From an uncultured Gemmatimonadales bacterium (GTDB lineage: Bacteria; Gemmatimonadota; Gemmatimonadetes; Gemmatimonadales; GWC2-71-9), in the NCBI GenBank assembly GCA_963728915.1, contig CAVSLV010000001.1, forward strand, positions 1,120,001-1,184,000: a stretch of 64,000 bases of DNA. The letters run 5' to 3'. The stretch's first letter is position 1, and each line of letters opens with the position of its first letter. A program made the translations under genes and the position numbers. This document shows, piece by piece, positions 9,076-20,741 of this stretch. The notes beneath the pieces were generated by a model. That model saw only the letters and a list, made by a program, of their open reading frames with translations, was not told the origin of the DNA and made no database searches.

Positions 9076-10869
9076 TCAGGAATTCGCTGAAGGATCGGTG
9101 GAGGACCGCCGGGCGGCCTTGCGAAGCATCAACCTTGCCCGCTCCTGCGCACTCAGCTGGCGGAGCGCGGACTGTCGTTGTTCGATGTCGGTGACCGGGG
9201 GGAGTGACTGGGTGAGCGTTCTGGCCCGCAGCGTTTCCAGGGCCGACCCGAACAACTCGTCCCGATCGAGGCCGGCGGCCTCTTCCCGCGCGGCCCGCTC
9301 CAGCAGCCGCTGAACCACCTCCTGGCCGCGGGGCGAGAGCCGTTCGGCTTCCCGGGCTATGGCGGCCTCGGCGGGAAGGGCGAGAAGCCACTCGAAGATC
9401 TCGCGATGCGCCGGCACCTGGAACAGGGAGCCGGCCAGCTCCCGGCGGCCCCGTTCCCGCCACAGGGGATCACCCAGCATCACCACGAGAAGCTGGGCCT
9501 CATGGGCCGACCCGGGGGTCGCGCGCGACACGCGCCCGGGAGCGGGAGGTCCGGGATCGCGGGTTATGGGGCTGGACGGGGCCGGCTCGCGAAGCGCGGC
9601 GAGCTCCTGGTCCAGGACCGGCCTGGACACCCCGGTCCGCTCCGCGATCCGGGCCAGGTAGAGGTCCCGCGCGATCGGATCGGCCGCCGCGCGCGCGGTG
9701 GGAAGCATCCGATCGAGCGCGTCCCGCCGGTGCTCGAGCCCCTCGAACCAGCCCTTGCGTTCCAGGAGCTGGATTTTCCGCTCGAGCGGGTCGATCGCAT
9801 CGCGGAGGATCGCCTCCAGCGCGGACGCGCCGCCGCTCTGAACCAGGCTGTCGGGGTCCTGCCCTTCGGGGAGCGTCGCCACTTTGACCCGCAGCTTGTG
9901 GCGGAGACACTCATCCGCGGTCCGGAACGTGGCGCGCAGTCCGGCGGCATCGCTGTCGTAGAGCAGAATGACCTGAGGCGCGAAGCGCTTGAGGAGTCCG
10001 GCCTGCTCCGGGGTGAGCGCCGTCCCCATGGGAGCAACCGCCTGGTCGATCCCGGCGAGCACCAGGCGAAGCACGTCGAAGTATCCCTCCACCAGCACGG
10101 CAGCGCCCTCGCGACGCATCGCCTGCTTGGCATCGTGCAGGTTGTAGAGCATCGCCCCCTTGTGGAAGATCGGCGATTCGGGAGAGTTGAGATACTTGGG
10201 CTCGCGCCCGTCGAGCGAGCGACCCCCGAATCCGACCACCCGGCCGCGGAGGTCGCGGATCGGAAACAGGAGCCGTTGCCGGAATCGCGGCGTGACGCTG
10301 CCGTCTTCTCGCTGGTGCAGCAGGCCGGCCTCGATGAGGGTGGCCTCCGCAATCCCCAGGGCACGCATCGCATCGCGGACGCCCTCGCCGCGCGGGGCAT
10401 AGCCCAGGCCATGTTCTCCGGCGATCTCCAGGGGAATTTCACGGCGCTCCAGATAGGTGCGCGCGGGAGCGGCTTCCGGGTGCTCACGGAGCTGGGTCGC
10501 AAACCACTCCTGGGCCGCCGCCACCGCGGTGAAGAGCGGTTCACGAGGATCGGGACCCTCGGCGGGGCCGGTTCGTTCCGGGATCGTGATCCCGACCCGC
10601 CGGGCGACTTCACGCACCGCCGACGGATAATCGAGGCCCTGCCGTTTCATCAGAAACGTGAAGATGTCTCCGGCCTCGTGGCACACATAACAGTAGAACA
10701 TCCCCTTCCGGGGAATGACCGCGAAGTTTCGGTGCTGCCCGCCATGAAAAGGACACGGTCCCCGCCAGTCGGTTCCCGTGCGCTTGAGCTGCACCGACTC
10801 GCCGATCAGGCCGACCAGATCGACGCTGTCGCGCACCTGCTCGATCACCTCGTCCGGAATCCGGCTCAT
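9076..10869 (-). CDS. dnaG: DNA primase
   Basis: CPFH zinc finger, KYLNSPE, EGYFD, YDSDAAG, DPD. Confidence 0.96.
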   Translation of the reverse strand: MSRIPDEVIEQVRDSVDLVGLIGESVQLKRTGTDWRGPCPFHGGQHRNFAVIPRKGMFYCYVCHEAGDIFTFLMKRQGLDYPSAVREVARRVGITIPERTGPAEGPDPREPLFTAVAAAQEWFATQLREHPEAAPARTYLERREIPLEIAGEHGLGYAPRGEGVRDAMRALGIAEATLIEAGLLHQREDGSVTPRFRQRLLFPIRDLRGRVVGFGGRSLDGREPKYLNSPESPIFHKGAMLYNLHDAKQAMRREGAAVLVEGYFDVLRLVLAGIDQAVAPMGTALTPEQAGLLKRFAPQVILLYDSDAAGLRATFRTADECLRHKLRVKVATLPEGQDPDSLVQSGGASALEAILRDAIDPLERKIQLLERKGWFEGLEHRRDALDRMLPTARAAADPIARDLYLARIAERTGVSRPVLDQELAALREPAPSSPITRDPGPPAPGRVSRATPGSAHEAQLLVVMLGDPLWRERGRRELAGSLFQVPAHREIFEWLLALPAEAAIAREAERLSPRGQEVVQRLLERAAREEAAGLDRDELFGSALETLRARTLTQSLPPVTDIEQRQSALRQLSAQERARLMLRKAARRSSTDPSANS

Positions 10870-13319
10870 CCGGCAAGCTCCGCGACGGTGACCCCGACGC
10901 CGCCCTGGTTCATGGGCGCCGGTGCGAAGCGGGCTACCCGGCGGTCTCCGGTCAGCACCCGCCGCACCACTTCGCGCAGGGCCCCCGTCCCCATGCCGTG
11001 AATGATCCTGAGATAGGGGGCATCCCCGAGGATCGCGGCATCCAGTGCCGACAGGGTCGCCGCCTCCGCTTCGTCGGCTCGCATGCCACGGAGATCCACC
11101 TCGGTGACCGGCGTGGTACCAGCCGTTTCCTTCGTCAGGAAGCGATGGGCCGTGGGAACCGGAGAGGATTCTTCACCGATCGCGGTCAGCTCTCCGGCCG
11201 GAATCACCAGTTTCACGCTCCCGGCCGAGACCAGGGCCTTGCCGTCTTCGCGAAGCTCCATCACCCGCCCCACGCTGCCCGTCGCCAGCCGGACCCGCCG
11301 GCCCGGTTCAATCGTGCCCCCCATCGGATCAGGGGCATGACTCGGCTCGCGATCACGCAGGAGCTCGCCCTCCCGACGAATGGCCGCTTCGAGTGTCCGG
11401 CGCGCCTCGGTCGCTTCAGTCTCCGTTCTGGCGCGCTGAGCCGCCTGGAGCGCCTCTTCGATCTCCGTGCGTGCCGCCATCATGAGCTGCCGGGCTTCCG
11501 CTCTTGCGCGCCGCTCGGCGGAACGTTCCCGGGCCGTCAGTTCAGCCTCGCGGACCTGCATCGTCTGCCGCTGCTCATCCAGGCGACGGCTCTCCACCTC
11601 GAGCTCGACGAGCCTCCCCGCGACGTCGGCCTGCGAAGCGGCGAGCTCGCGTTCCCGACGCTCCGCCGATTCCAGCAGCAGGTCGAGCGCCTTTTCGGTT
11701 TCCGAGATCTCCCCCTCCGCCTCGGCGACGACGTCGCCGGGCACCCCCAGCCGCCTGGCGATCGCGATCCCGTAGGATCGACCCGGCACGCCCATGACGA
11801 AACGGAAGGTCGGAACCAGGCGGTCGGGATCGAACTGGAGCGAACCGTTCACGATGCCGGGAGTACGGGTGGCCAGGGCTTTCAGATTGCCGAGGTGGGT
11901 CGTCGCGATGGTACGGGCGCCGGCGCGGGTCAGGGTCCGGAGCGTCGCGGCGGCGAGGGCGGCACCCTCGGCCGGGTCGGTGCCACTGCCGATCTCGTCC
12001 ATGAGCACCAGGGTGCCCCCATCGGCGCTCCGCAGGACATCGCGGAGAATGGCCAGGTGAGCGCTGAAGGTCGAGAGATCGGCCGCGATGGACTGGTGGT
12101 CGCCGATGTCCGCGACGATCGCGGAGAAAACCGGCAAGGCGCTACCGGTCACGACCGGCGGTGCGATGCCGCATTGGGTCATCGCCGCGGCGAGTCCGAC
12201 CGTCTTGAGCAGGACGGTCTTCCCTCCGGCATTGGGACCACTGATGAGCAAGGTGGCTTGCTCGGGACTCAGGGTCAGATCGAACGGTACCGTTGCCACG
12301 CCGCGGGCCAGCAGGAGGGGATGACGGGCCCCACGAAGCACGATGCCCTCCCCCCGGCCCAGGAGCGATGGAATCGTTGCGCCGGTGGTGAGGGCATAGC
12401 GCACCCGGGCATTGAGATCATCGAGTGACACGCAGAGCGCGTGCACCGCCGCGATGGCGTCCCCGTGGGGCCGCAGGGCCGCGGTCAGATCGCGAAGCAC
12501 TCGGAGCTCTTCCCGCTCGGCGCCAAGGACCGCGGCCCGGAGCTGGTTGCCAAGCTCGATGGCCGCCGTCGGCTCGACGAACAGGGTTTCCCCGGTGGCG
12601 GATTCGTCGTGAACGATCCCATCGGGCCGGCTGTGGGCGTCGCGACGGACCGGAATGACATACCGGCCACTCCGCACGGTCACCTCCTGGCCCTGCTCCC
12701 CTTTGCGTCCCGGACCCCGCAACATTGCCTCGAGCTTCTTGAGAAGGCGGGCCCGGGCATCCTGCACCGCACTCCGGGCCCGAAGCAACGCGGGTGAGGC
12801 GCCGTCCTGAACCTCCCCATCCTCATCCAGGGATCGATCGAGCTGCTTCTCGAGCTCGCGAGGCGGCAGGGGGAGTTTCCAGGCGGCCACTGCGGGGGCA
12901 TCCGAAGCGAGGCGATCGAGCTCTGCCGCGACAAGGCGACTCACGGCGAGGGTCGAGCGAAGCGCCACCAGCTGCTGGCCTTCGAGCACCGATCCTTCCA
13001 GGCGCAAGCGATCAAGCTGCGATTGGATCTCCGGCACTGGAGGAATGTCCAGGCGATTGCCCTGACGGGACCAGGTCAGCAGCTCCCCGAGCGGGACCAG
13101 CTCGCCGCGAATCCAATCGGCATCGGTGGAGGGACGCCGGCTCCGGACCCGCGCCGCCCCGAGCGGTCCCGCGGCAAAGGCCCCGACAACACCCAGCACG
13201 GCCTCGAACTCCAGGGCAGCGGCGGCGGAAAATGCGGCTTCCCGGATGAGGGACGGGGTGCCGGCGCTCGCCTGCGCCGACACCCCGTCAGGAACCGCCA
13301 TGGAGTCCAGGGTCAGCAT
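10866..13319 (-). CDS. mutS2: MutS2 with C-terminal Smr domain (alternative start 13301)
   Basis: SGPNAGGKT, LSTFSAH, DEIGSGTDP, TTH, DLRG...IIHGMGTG. Confidence 0.93.
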   Translation of the reverse strand: MLTLDSMAVPDGVSAQASAGTPSLIREAAFSAAAALEFEAVLGVVGAFAAGPLGAARVRSRRPSTDADWIRGELVPLGELLTWSRQGNRLDIPPVPEIQSQLDRLRLEGSVLEGQQLVALRSTLAVSRLVAAELDRLASDAPAVAAWKLPLPPRELEKQLDRSLDEDGEVQDGASPALLRARSAVQDARARLLKKLEAMLRGPGRKGEQGQEVTVRSGRYVIPVRRDAHSRPDGIVHDESATGETLFVEPTAAIELGNQLRAAVLGAEREELRVLRDLTAALRPHGDAIAAVHALCVSLDDLNARVRYALTTGATIPSLLGRGEGIVLRGARHPLLLARGVATVPFDLTLSPEQATLLISGPNAGGKTVLLKTVGLAAAMTQCGIAPPVVTGSALPVFSAIVADIGDHQSIAADLSTFSAHLAILRDVLRSADGGTLVLMDEIGSGTDPAEGAALAAATLRTLTRAGARTIATTHLGNLKALATRTPGIVNGSLQFDPDRLVPTFRFVMGVPGRSYGIAIARRLGVPGDVVAEAEGEISETEKALDLLLESAERRERELAASQADVAGRLVELEVESRRLDEQRQTMQVREAELTARERSAERRARAEARQLMMAARTEIEEALQAAQRARTETEATEARRTLEAAIRREGELLRDREPSHAPDPMGGTIEPGRRVRLATGSVGRVMELREDGKALVSAGSVKLVIPAGELTAIGEESSPVPTAHRFLTKETAGTTPVTEVDLRGMRADEAEAATLSALDAAILGDAPYLRIIHGMGTGALREVVRRVLTGDRRVARFAPAPMNQGGVGVTVAELAG

Positions 13320-13443
13320 TCGGCCCGGAACCCTCCTGCTTTCAACGTCCGATCACTCACCTCCGATGTCCCTTCCGGAAGGCTCCATGGCCTCTCCATC
13401 GTAGAATGAAAAAATAGCCGCACCAGGTGAAGATCAGCAACGC

Positions 13444-13791
13444 TCACCCCGGCGGCCACGCCATGCGGCGGCCGCCCAGAATGTGGACGTGAAGGTGCGC
13501 CACCGACTGCCCCGCATCGGGTCCCTGATTCAGGACCAGCCGGTACCCGCCGTCGGCCAGACCAAGTTGAGTCGCGACCTGAGCCGCAAATCGAAGCAGC
13601 GCACCGGCAGTCTGCTCCCCGCCGGACCCCTCCAGGTCGGCCGGACCGGCCAGGTGCTCCGTGGGAATCACCAGGACGTGGGTGGGAGCTTGCGGATTGA
13701 TATCATGAAAGGCGATGGCGCCGGGGGCGCGCGCCACGACCTTTGCGGGAATCTCTCCGGCGACGATCCGGCAAAACAGGCAATCACTCAC
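13444..13791 (-). CDS. hinT: HIT-family nucleotide-binding protein
   Basis: CLFCRI, DINPQAPTH, GQSVAHLHVH. Confidence 0.9.
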   Translation of the reverse strand: MSDCLFCRIVAGEIPAKVVARAPGAIAFHDINPQAPTHVLVIPTEHLAGPADLEGSGGEQTAGALLRFAAQVATQLGLADGGYRLVLNQGPDAGQSVAHLHVHILGGRRMAWPPG

Positions 13792-14489
13792 GGGGATCTC
13801 CTGGGACGTTGACTGGCGATGACCGCTGCCGCCGCGAGGGCGGCGGTCTCGAAGCGAAGCAGGTCCGGGGCGAGCCGGACCGGGACAAACCCGGAGGCAA
13901 GAAACCGCGCCCGCTCCGCCTCGGTCAACCCACCTTCCGGACCGACCACGACGATGACGGGATTCTCGGGCTCAATCGCCGGGGGGGGATTCCCATTCAC
14001 GTCACCCAGCCAACGATGGGTCGAGGCGAAGTCCCCCGCCACTTCCTCGATGGATCGGGGGGAGTGGATCACCGGTGACCACGGGGCACGCGATTGCTTG
14101 ATCGCCTGCCGGGCCCGTCGCTGGAGCGCGGCGACGTGAGAGACCCGAATGCCGGCGGCCACGCTCTGGGTCCGCTCGGTGAGCAACGGCACCAGATCGG
14201 TAACGCCGAGCTCGGCCGCCTTTTCCACCAGCCAGGCGAATCGGTCCCGATCGCCCGCGCCAACCACCAGCACGAACCCTGGGGGCTTCGGCACACTCGC
14301 CACCCGGTCGACCTGCACCGCGAAGTCCCGGCCCTGGCGAACCAGAGTTCCCTCGGCCACCCCGCCGGCGCCGTCGAGAACCCGCACGACTTCTCCTTCG
14401 CCGGCTCGGCGCACCCGCAGGTGATGGCGCTCTTCCTCCTCGAGTGGGACCACACCGGGACCTCGGAGCAGACCCGCCGGTACCAGCAC
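13788..14489 (-). CDS. rsmE: 16S rRNA m3U1498 methyltransferase
   Basis: EKAAELGV, VGPEGG, LRFETAA; located after prmA; start estimated. Confidence 0.9.
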   Translation of the reverse strand: MLVPAGLLRGPGVVPLEEEERHHLRVRRAGEGEVVRVLDGAGGVAEGTLVRQGRDFAVQVDRVASVPKPPGFVLVVGAGDRDRFAWLVEKAAELGVTDLVPLLTERTQSVAAGIRVSHVAALQRRARQAIKQSRAPWSPVIHSPRSIEEVAGDFASTHRWLGDVNGNPPPAIEPENPVIVVVGPEGGLTEAERARFLASGFVPVRLAPDLLRFETAALAAAAVIASQRPRRSP

Positions 14490-14499
14490 CGCCGGCGGC

Positions 14500-15324
14500 T
14501 CAGGCCGGGCGGACCGCAACACCCCACCAACCCTGATCGAGGGTTTCGTCCACGAATTCGAAATCCGATGCATGCAGGGCCCGCCGGAATGCCGGTGCCT
14601 CCGATTCTTCCATGCCACCAAACAGGGCCAGGCCGTTTCGCACCAGCGCGCTTCGAATGATCGGGAGCAGTTTCTCGTTCTGAAGGCGCAGAATATTGGA
14701 GAGGACCAGGTCCACCGGAGCGAGGAGGCCGGAGAGCAGGGCGGCGTCGCCGGTGAGGAAGTGGGTCGCCGAGGTGGTCAGGTTGACCGCGGCATTCTCC
14801 CTCGCGATCTCCTCGGCCTCGGGATCGATGTCGATGCCGACGGCACGGGCGGCGCCCAGCTTGATCGCTGCGATCGACAGAATCCCGCTGCCGCTTCCCA
14901 GATCCAGGACTCGAGCCCCTGGCCGGATCCACCGGTCCAGCATCGTGAGCATGGTGCGGGTCGATCCATGCTCACCGGTGCCGAACGCGGTCTGGGGATC
15001 GATGATCACCAGGAAACTGGTCTCCCGGGGAGGCGCCTCCCAGCTCGGAGCAATAGTGAGCCGGCCGACCTGGCGGGGACCGAGGCCTTCCTTCCAGCGG
15101 GAGTTCCAGTCTTCGTCGGGGAGCGGGCGAGCCGCTGCCCTGACCCCACGGAACGTCGCCCGGAGCTCCTCCAGGACCTCCTCCACGCCCTGGACCGAGG
15201 TCACTCCCACCAGGGAGCCGTCCGGGCACTCCTCCACCGCCTGCCCGGTGCGTCGGACCAGCCATTCGGCGATTTCCGGTCGGGTTGTTTCGGTGGCGCG
15301 GACGTCGAGCGCGCACCAGCTCAT
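14500..15324 (-). CDS. prmA: Ribosomal protein L11 methyltransferase
   Basis: IDPQTAFGTGEHGST, LDLGSGSGIL. Confidence 0.92.
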   Translation of the reverse strand: MSWCALDVRATETTRPEIAEWLVRRTGQAVEECPDGSLVGVTSVQGVEEVLEELRATFRGVRAAARPLPDEDWNSRWKEGLGPRQVGRLTIAPSWEAPPRETSFLVIIDPQTAFGTGEHGSTRTMLTMLDRWIRPGARVLDLGSGSGILSIAAIKLGAARAVGIDIDPEAEEIARENAAVNLTTSATHFLTGDAALLSGLLAPVDLVLSNILRLQNEKLLPIIRSALVRNGLALFGGMEESEAPAFRRALHASDFEFVDETLDQGWWGVAVRPA

Positions 15325-16445
15325 GCGCCAAGCGCTTCCTTGAGGCGGGACCAGAATCCGGTGCTCTGTTTCGGGGGCTCGCCTTCGATCTTGGCGAACT
15401 CTTCGAGCAGGCTGCGCTGCTCGGTGGAGAGGTTCTCGGGAACCCAGACATGGACCCGCACGTTGAGATCACCGTGGCCATGCTGGCCGAGCCGGGGGAG
15501 GCCTTTGCCCTTGAGCCTGAGAACGGTGCCGGCCTGCACGCCGGCGGGAACGGTGAGTTGCTCTTCGCCCAACGGCGTTGGAACTTGGACCGTCGCGCCG
15601 AGCGCCGCCTGGGTGAACGAGAGTGGCAGGTCGAACGCAAGATCATCGCCCTGACGCTCGAACCGCTCGTCCGGCTTCACTTCGATCATGATGAGGAGAT
15701 CACCACCCGGACCGTTGCGGCGGCCGGCCGCGCCCTGACCTCGCAGCGTGAGATAGTTGCTGGGAGAGATGCCCGCGGGGATTTCCACCGCAACGCTTCG
15801 CTCTCCCCGCACGCGTCCGTCACCACGACACGCCGGACAGGGCGTCCGGATGAGCACGCCTTCGCCGTGGCACGCGGGGCACGGCCCGACCGAGACGAAC
15901 TGGCCGAATACGCTTCGGGTGGCCCGCCGCACCTCGCCGCTTCCGCCGCAGGTGGAACAGGCGGCCGGGGGGGTCGCATCGGCGCTCCCGGTCCCCTCGC
16001 ACGTCTCGCAGGGCACCTGGGTCTTGAGTTTGACTTGCCGCTTGGCTCCGGTGGCGACCTCCTGAAGGCTCAAGCGAACCGTGACCCGGATGTCCTGTCC
16101 GCGGCGAGTCTCCCGCTGGGGAGCACCGCCGCCGAAGATCGACTCGAACCCGCCGAGGCCGCCGAAGTCCCGCATGAACATGCTGAGGGCTTCCGCGAGA
16201 TCGACGTGATGGAACCCTCCCCCACCGCCGCGGAGGCCGGCTTCGCCGTAGCGATCGTAGACCGCGCGTTTGTCGGGATCCATGAGAACCGCATAGGCCT
16301 CGGCGATCTCCTTGAAACGCGCCTCGGCATCGGCGGACTGGTTTCGGTCGGGATGGTACTCCATCGCCAGGCGGCGATACGCCCGTTTGATCTCGTCCTC
16401 GCTGGCATCGCGGGACACCCCGAGCAGCGTATAGAAGTCGCTCAC
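15321..16445 (-). CDS. dnaJ: Chaperone DnaJ
   Basis: J domain with HPD and four CxxCxGxG repeats. Confidence 0.96.
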   Translation of the reverse strand: MSDFYTLLGVSRDASEDEIKRAYRRLAMEYHPDRNQSADAEARFKEIAEAYAVLMDPDKRAVYDRYGEAGLRGGGGGFHHVDLAEALSMFMRDFGGLGGFESIFGGGAPQRETRRGQDIRVTVRLSLQEVATGAKRQVKLKTQVPCETCEGTGSADATPPAACSTCGGSGEVRRATRSVFGQFVSVGPCPACHGEGVLIRTPCPACRGDGRVRGERSVAVEIPAGISPSNYLTLRGQGAAGRRNGPGGDLLIMIEVKPDERFERQGDDLAFDLPLSFTQAALGATVQVPTPLGEEQLTVPAGVQAGTVLRLKGKGLPRLGQHGHGDLNVRVHVWVPENLSTEQRSLLEEFAKIEGEPPKQSTGFWSRLKEALGA

Positions 16446-17497
16446 GTCATCAGCCCTTCGACCATCCGGCTGGTGTGTTCGACCAGCCCGATGACTTTCT
16501 CGTACGGCATCCGGATCGGCCCCATGACGCCGATGACCCCGCTCAGTCCACCGTTCTTGTAGGCGGACGTCACCAGGGTGAAATCGGCAAGCCGGGGATC
16601 GTTGTTTTCGCTTCCGATCGTGATGGTGATGCCTTTCCGATGACGATCCTGGAATGCCTGTCGGAGCAGGTCACGCCGCTCGGTGAGCTCGAGCAAGGTT
16701 TTCATCCGCTCGTTCGAGGCGAATTCCGGCTGCTCGGCGAGTGGCTGGGCGCTGCCAAGAACCACCTCGCTGCCGGGGTCCGCGAAATCGAACAGGTCCT
16801 CTCCCTCCGCCACGAAAATGTTGAGGAGCTCGGAACCGCCCGGACCGGCCGACCCGGGACCGGCATCGCGCAGCCGCTCCGACAAACTGCGCCGGATATC
16901 TCCCAGCGGAAGCCCGGCCAGCCGCTCATTGAGAATGCGGGAAACGTGCTCAACCGCATCCGGGGCCACCGCCGCGGGAATCTCCACAAAAATCGTCCGG
17001 ACCACTCCGCTCTGAAGCGTGAGCACCACCAGGAGGCGTTCCTCGCTGAGGCGTACCAATTCCATTCGCTCCAGCAGCAGGGTGTCGAGGGTCGGGGCAA
17101 CCGCGACGCCCAGCTCCTGGGTCAGGACTCCAAGAACCTGGGCGGCTCGCCTCAGGATTTCCTCGATCGGATTGCGCGCGGCCGGCCCGATTTCCTGGGC
17201 CAGCTTGGCCCGCATGCTTCGAGGAGGAGCCACCGAACCGGGCGGCACGAGCCGGTTCACGTACGTGCGATAGCCGAGCTCGGTGGGAATCCGGCCCCCG
17301 GACGTGTGGGCGTGATAGAGATATCCCTGGGACTCGAGCTCGCTCATGGTGCTTCGAATCGAGGCCGGGGAAATCCCCAGGCGAGCCCGCCGGGCTACGG
17401 CCTCGCTCCCCGCGGGGAGCGCTGATTCGACGTAGACCTGGATGACTCCTTCGAGAACCCGGAACTGGCGGTCGGTCAGACCTTCGTGGGCCGACAT
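16442..17497 (-). CDS. hrcA: Heat-inducible transcriptional repressor HrcA
   Basis: SPASIRSTMSELE, HTSGGRIPT, GVMGPIRMPY. Confidence 0.95.
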   Translation of the reverse strand: MSAHEGLTDRQFRVLEGVIQVYVESALPAGSEAVARRARLGISPASIRSTMSELESQGYLYHAHTSGGRIPTELGYRTYVNRLVPPGSVAPPRSMRAKLAQEIGPAARNPIEEILRRAAQVLGVLTQELGVAVAPTLDTLLLERMELVRLSEERLLVVLTLQSGVVRTIFVEIPAAVAPDAVEHVSRILNERLAGLPLGDIRRSLSERLRDAGPGSAGPGGSELLNIFVAEGEDLFDFADPGSEVVLGSAQPLAEQPEFASNERMKTLLELTERRDLLRQAFQDRHRKGITITIGSENNDPRLADFTLVTSAYKNGGLSGVIGVMGPIRMPYEKVIGLVEHTSRMVEGLMT

Positions 17498-17507
17498 AAC
17501 AGAAAAA

Positions 17508-18614
17508 CTAGCAATGAGTTAGGCTGGCCACCAGCGCATCGAGCCGGAGCCACCCCTCCGGGGTGAGCCGGAGCCGATTCTGATGCACCTGGGCCCACCC
17601 CTGCTTTTGCCATTCCTCCACCGGCATATCACCGACTTGAATCACTGGGACGCCGGCATCCGTCCTGAGTCCGAGGTAGAGCTCCTCGAGGCCGACCTGT
17701 TCCAACCTGAGCTGCTCGGTTCCCTGAACCGCGGGGCGACCACTCGAAACGGTGCGCCGGTACTCCTCCCATTCCCGGATGTTCCAGGAACGAATCGTTC
17801 CGATTCCTGAGTGGGCGGAAGGACCGAGCCCGACATATGCCCGGCGCGACCAGTAGGCGCTGTTGTGCCGGGATCGGTGGCCCGGCCGCGCCGCATTGGA
17901 GACCTCGTAGTGTTCATAACCCGCGCTCACCAGCCGGGTATGCGCGGCCAGATACTCCTCGGCGACGCGTTCTTCGGGCATCGGCGGGGCCTCTCCCCGC
18001 GCGGTCCATCGCGCGAGCGGCGTGGCGGGCTCGACGGTCAACCCGTAGAGGGACACATGGTCGGGGGCGAGCGCCAGGGTCTGATCGAGGTCGGCAGGCC
18101 AGTCGCGCTCCAGCCCGGCCGGCAACCCGTAGATCAGATCGAGGGAGAGATTACCCGCGCCGGCCGACCGCAGGGTTTCCACCGCGCGCCCGATCTGGGC
18201 CGAGCTGTGGGTGCGGTGCATCCATCGGAGCGCGGCGGAGCTGAACGACTGGGCGCCGAGCGAGAACCGATTGACGCCGGCGCGAAGCCAGGCCTCCGAC
18301 CGCTCCTGGGTGACGTCCTCCGGGTTCACCTCGAGCGTGATCTCGGCATGCCGCGCAATCGAACGATCAGCGGCGAATCGCTGCATCAGCTCCGCCAGCA
18401 CGGGGGGATCGAGTCGCGAAGGGGTTCCCCCTCCGAAATAGATGGTGTCGAGCTCGGGATGCGCCGCCCAGACCGAATGTGTCTGCCAGGCGGCCCATTC
18501 GAGCAGCACGACGCGGCCGAATTCTTCCGAGGGCACCAACCGGCGTACCGCGATGGCAAAATCGCAATAGCTGCAGCGGCGGGAGCAAAAGGGGATGTGG
18601 ACGTACAGGTGCAC
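17508..18614 (-). CDS. hemW: Radical SAM heme chaperone HemW
   Basis: YVHIPFCSRRCSYCDF, GGGTPS, YEVSN, HNSAYW; located upstream of hrcA. Confidence 0.9.
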   Translation of the reverse strand: MHLYVHIPFCSRRCSYCDFAIAVRRLVPSEEFGRVVLLEWAAWQTHSVWAAHPELDTIYFGGGTPSRLDPPVLAELMQRFAADRSIARHAEITLEVNPEDVTQERSEAWLRAGVNRFSLGAQSFSSAALRWMHRTHSSAQIGRAVETLRSAGAGNLSLDLIYGLPAGLERDWPADLDQTLALAPDHVSLYGLTVEPATPLARWTARGEAPPMPEERVAEEYLAAHTRLVSAGYEHYEVSNAARPGHRSRHNSAYWSRRAYVGLGPSAHSGIGTIRSWNIREWEEYRRTVSSGRPAVQGTEQLRLEQVGLEELYLGLRTDAGVPVIQVGDMPVEEWQKQGWAQVHQNRLRLTPEGWLRLDALVASLTHC

Positions 18615-18643
18615 GATCGGAAGCTAACGGCGCTTCGGGCCGC

Positions 18644-19733
18644 TCAGGCGAAGAGACCGGTCGCCACGGCCCGATAGAGACCGGCTTCCTGCCTCACCTT
18701 GCCGTGCAGCTCGAGAACGGAAAGGGCGTCCATGGTTTCTTCCACGGACCACCCCAGCCGCTCGACCAGCGCATCGGCGGGAAGGGGTTGCCGGTGAAGC
18801 GCGCCGAGCAGGCGGTCCACCGCGGCGTGACTCCCCGCCGGGGATTTGGGCCTTCCGGAGCGAAGATCCGGATAGTGATCCAGCAAGTCCCTGAGCTCGA
18901 GCAGCGGGCCGGCGCCGTCCCGGAGCAGCCGGTTGGTCCCCGCGGACACCGGGCTGGTAATTGGTCCCGGAACCGCCAGCACCTCCCGGCCCTGGTCCTG
19001 GGCGCACCGCACCGTTCCCAGGGTGCCGGAAATTTCGGCGGCTTCGACGACGACCGTCACCCGCGCGAGCCCGCTGATGAGCCGGTTTCGCCGCGCGAAA
19101 CTCCCCTTGTGAGGCCGTTCTCCCGGGGGAGACTCGGAGATCAACAGGGCTCGCTGTTCGATCGCTTCATAGAGGTTGCGATTGGAGACGGGATAGACGA
19201 TTCCGAATCCATTGCCCAGAACGCCGATGGTACCCCCGCTCACCTCCAGCGCCCCGGCGTGGGCAACCGCATCGAGACCCCGCGCCATGCCGCTCACCAC
19301 CACGAGCCCCGCTTCCGCCGCGGCGCGAGCGAGGGCGCCGCAGACCTCCTCCCCGTAACGCGAATGGTCCCGGCTCCCCACGATCGCGACCGCCGGCCGA
19401 CCCAACAGGTCGAGGTTTCCCTTCGCGAACAGCAGCAGCGGGAAATCGGGGATGGGGCGGAGCATCGCGGGATACCGGTCATCCTCGGGAACCAATAGCT
19501 CGGCGCCGATGGCTTCCGCACTCGCCAAGGCGCGCCTTCCGGCATCCCGATCCATGGACGCGATGGCCTGGGCGATGGGGAAGTGGATTCCCTCCACCTG
19601 AGTCAGCTCCCGGACGCTGGACCGAATGACCCGATCGGCCGAACCAAAACGCTCGAGGAGCGCGGCGAGTCTGACGCTGCCGATTCCAGGGACCAGCGCC
19701 AGGCTGAGATAGGCCCCCTGGTCGGTGCTTGAA

Positions 19734-19741
<8 letters not shown>
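18644..19741 (-). CDS. dprA: DNA-processing protein DprA
   Basis: AIVGSR, VSGMARGLD, FARRNRLISGL, VEAAEISG. Confidence 0.94.

Positions 19742-20737
<996 letters not shown>

Positions 20738-20741
<4 letters not shown>

Noticed and set aside
13297..13400. Fluoride riboswitch, SRP RNA or 6S RNA identity for the mutS2 leader
   Set aside because: Only fragmentary resemblance; diagnostic motifs and lengths do not fit, so it is left as an unassigned structure.
17507..17533. Possible CIRCE element upstream of hrcA
   Set aside because: Only one half-site resembles the consensus (CATTGCTAG vs GAGTGCTAA); the other half does not match TTAGCACTC.
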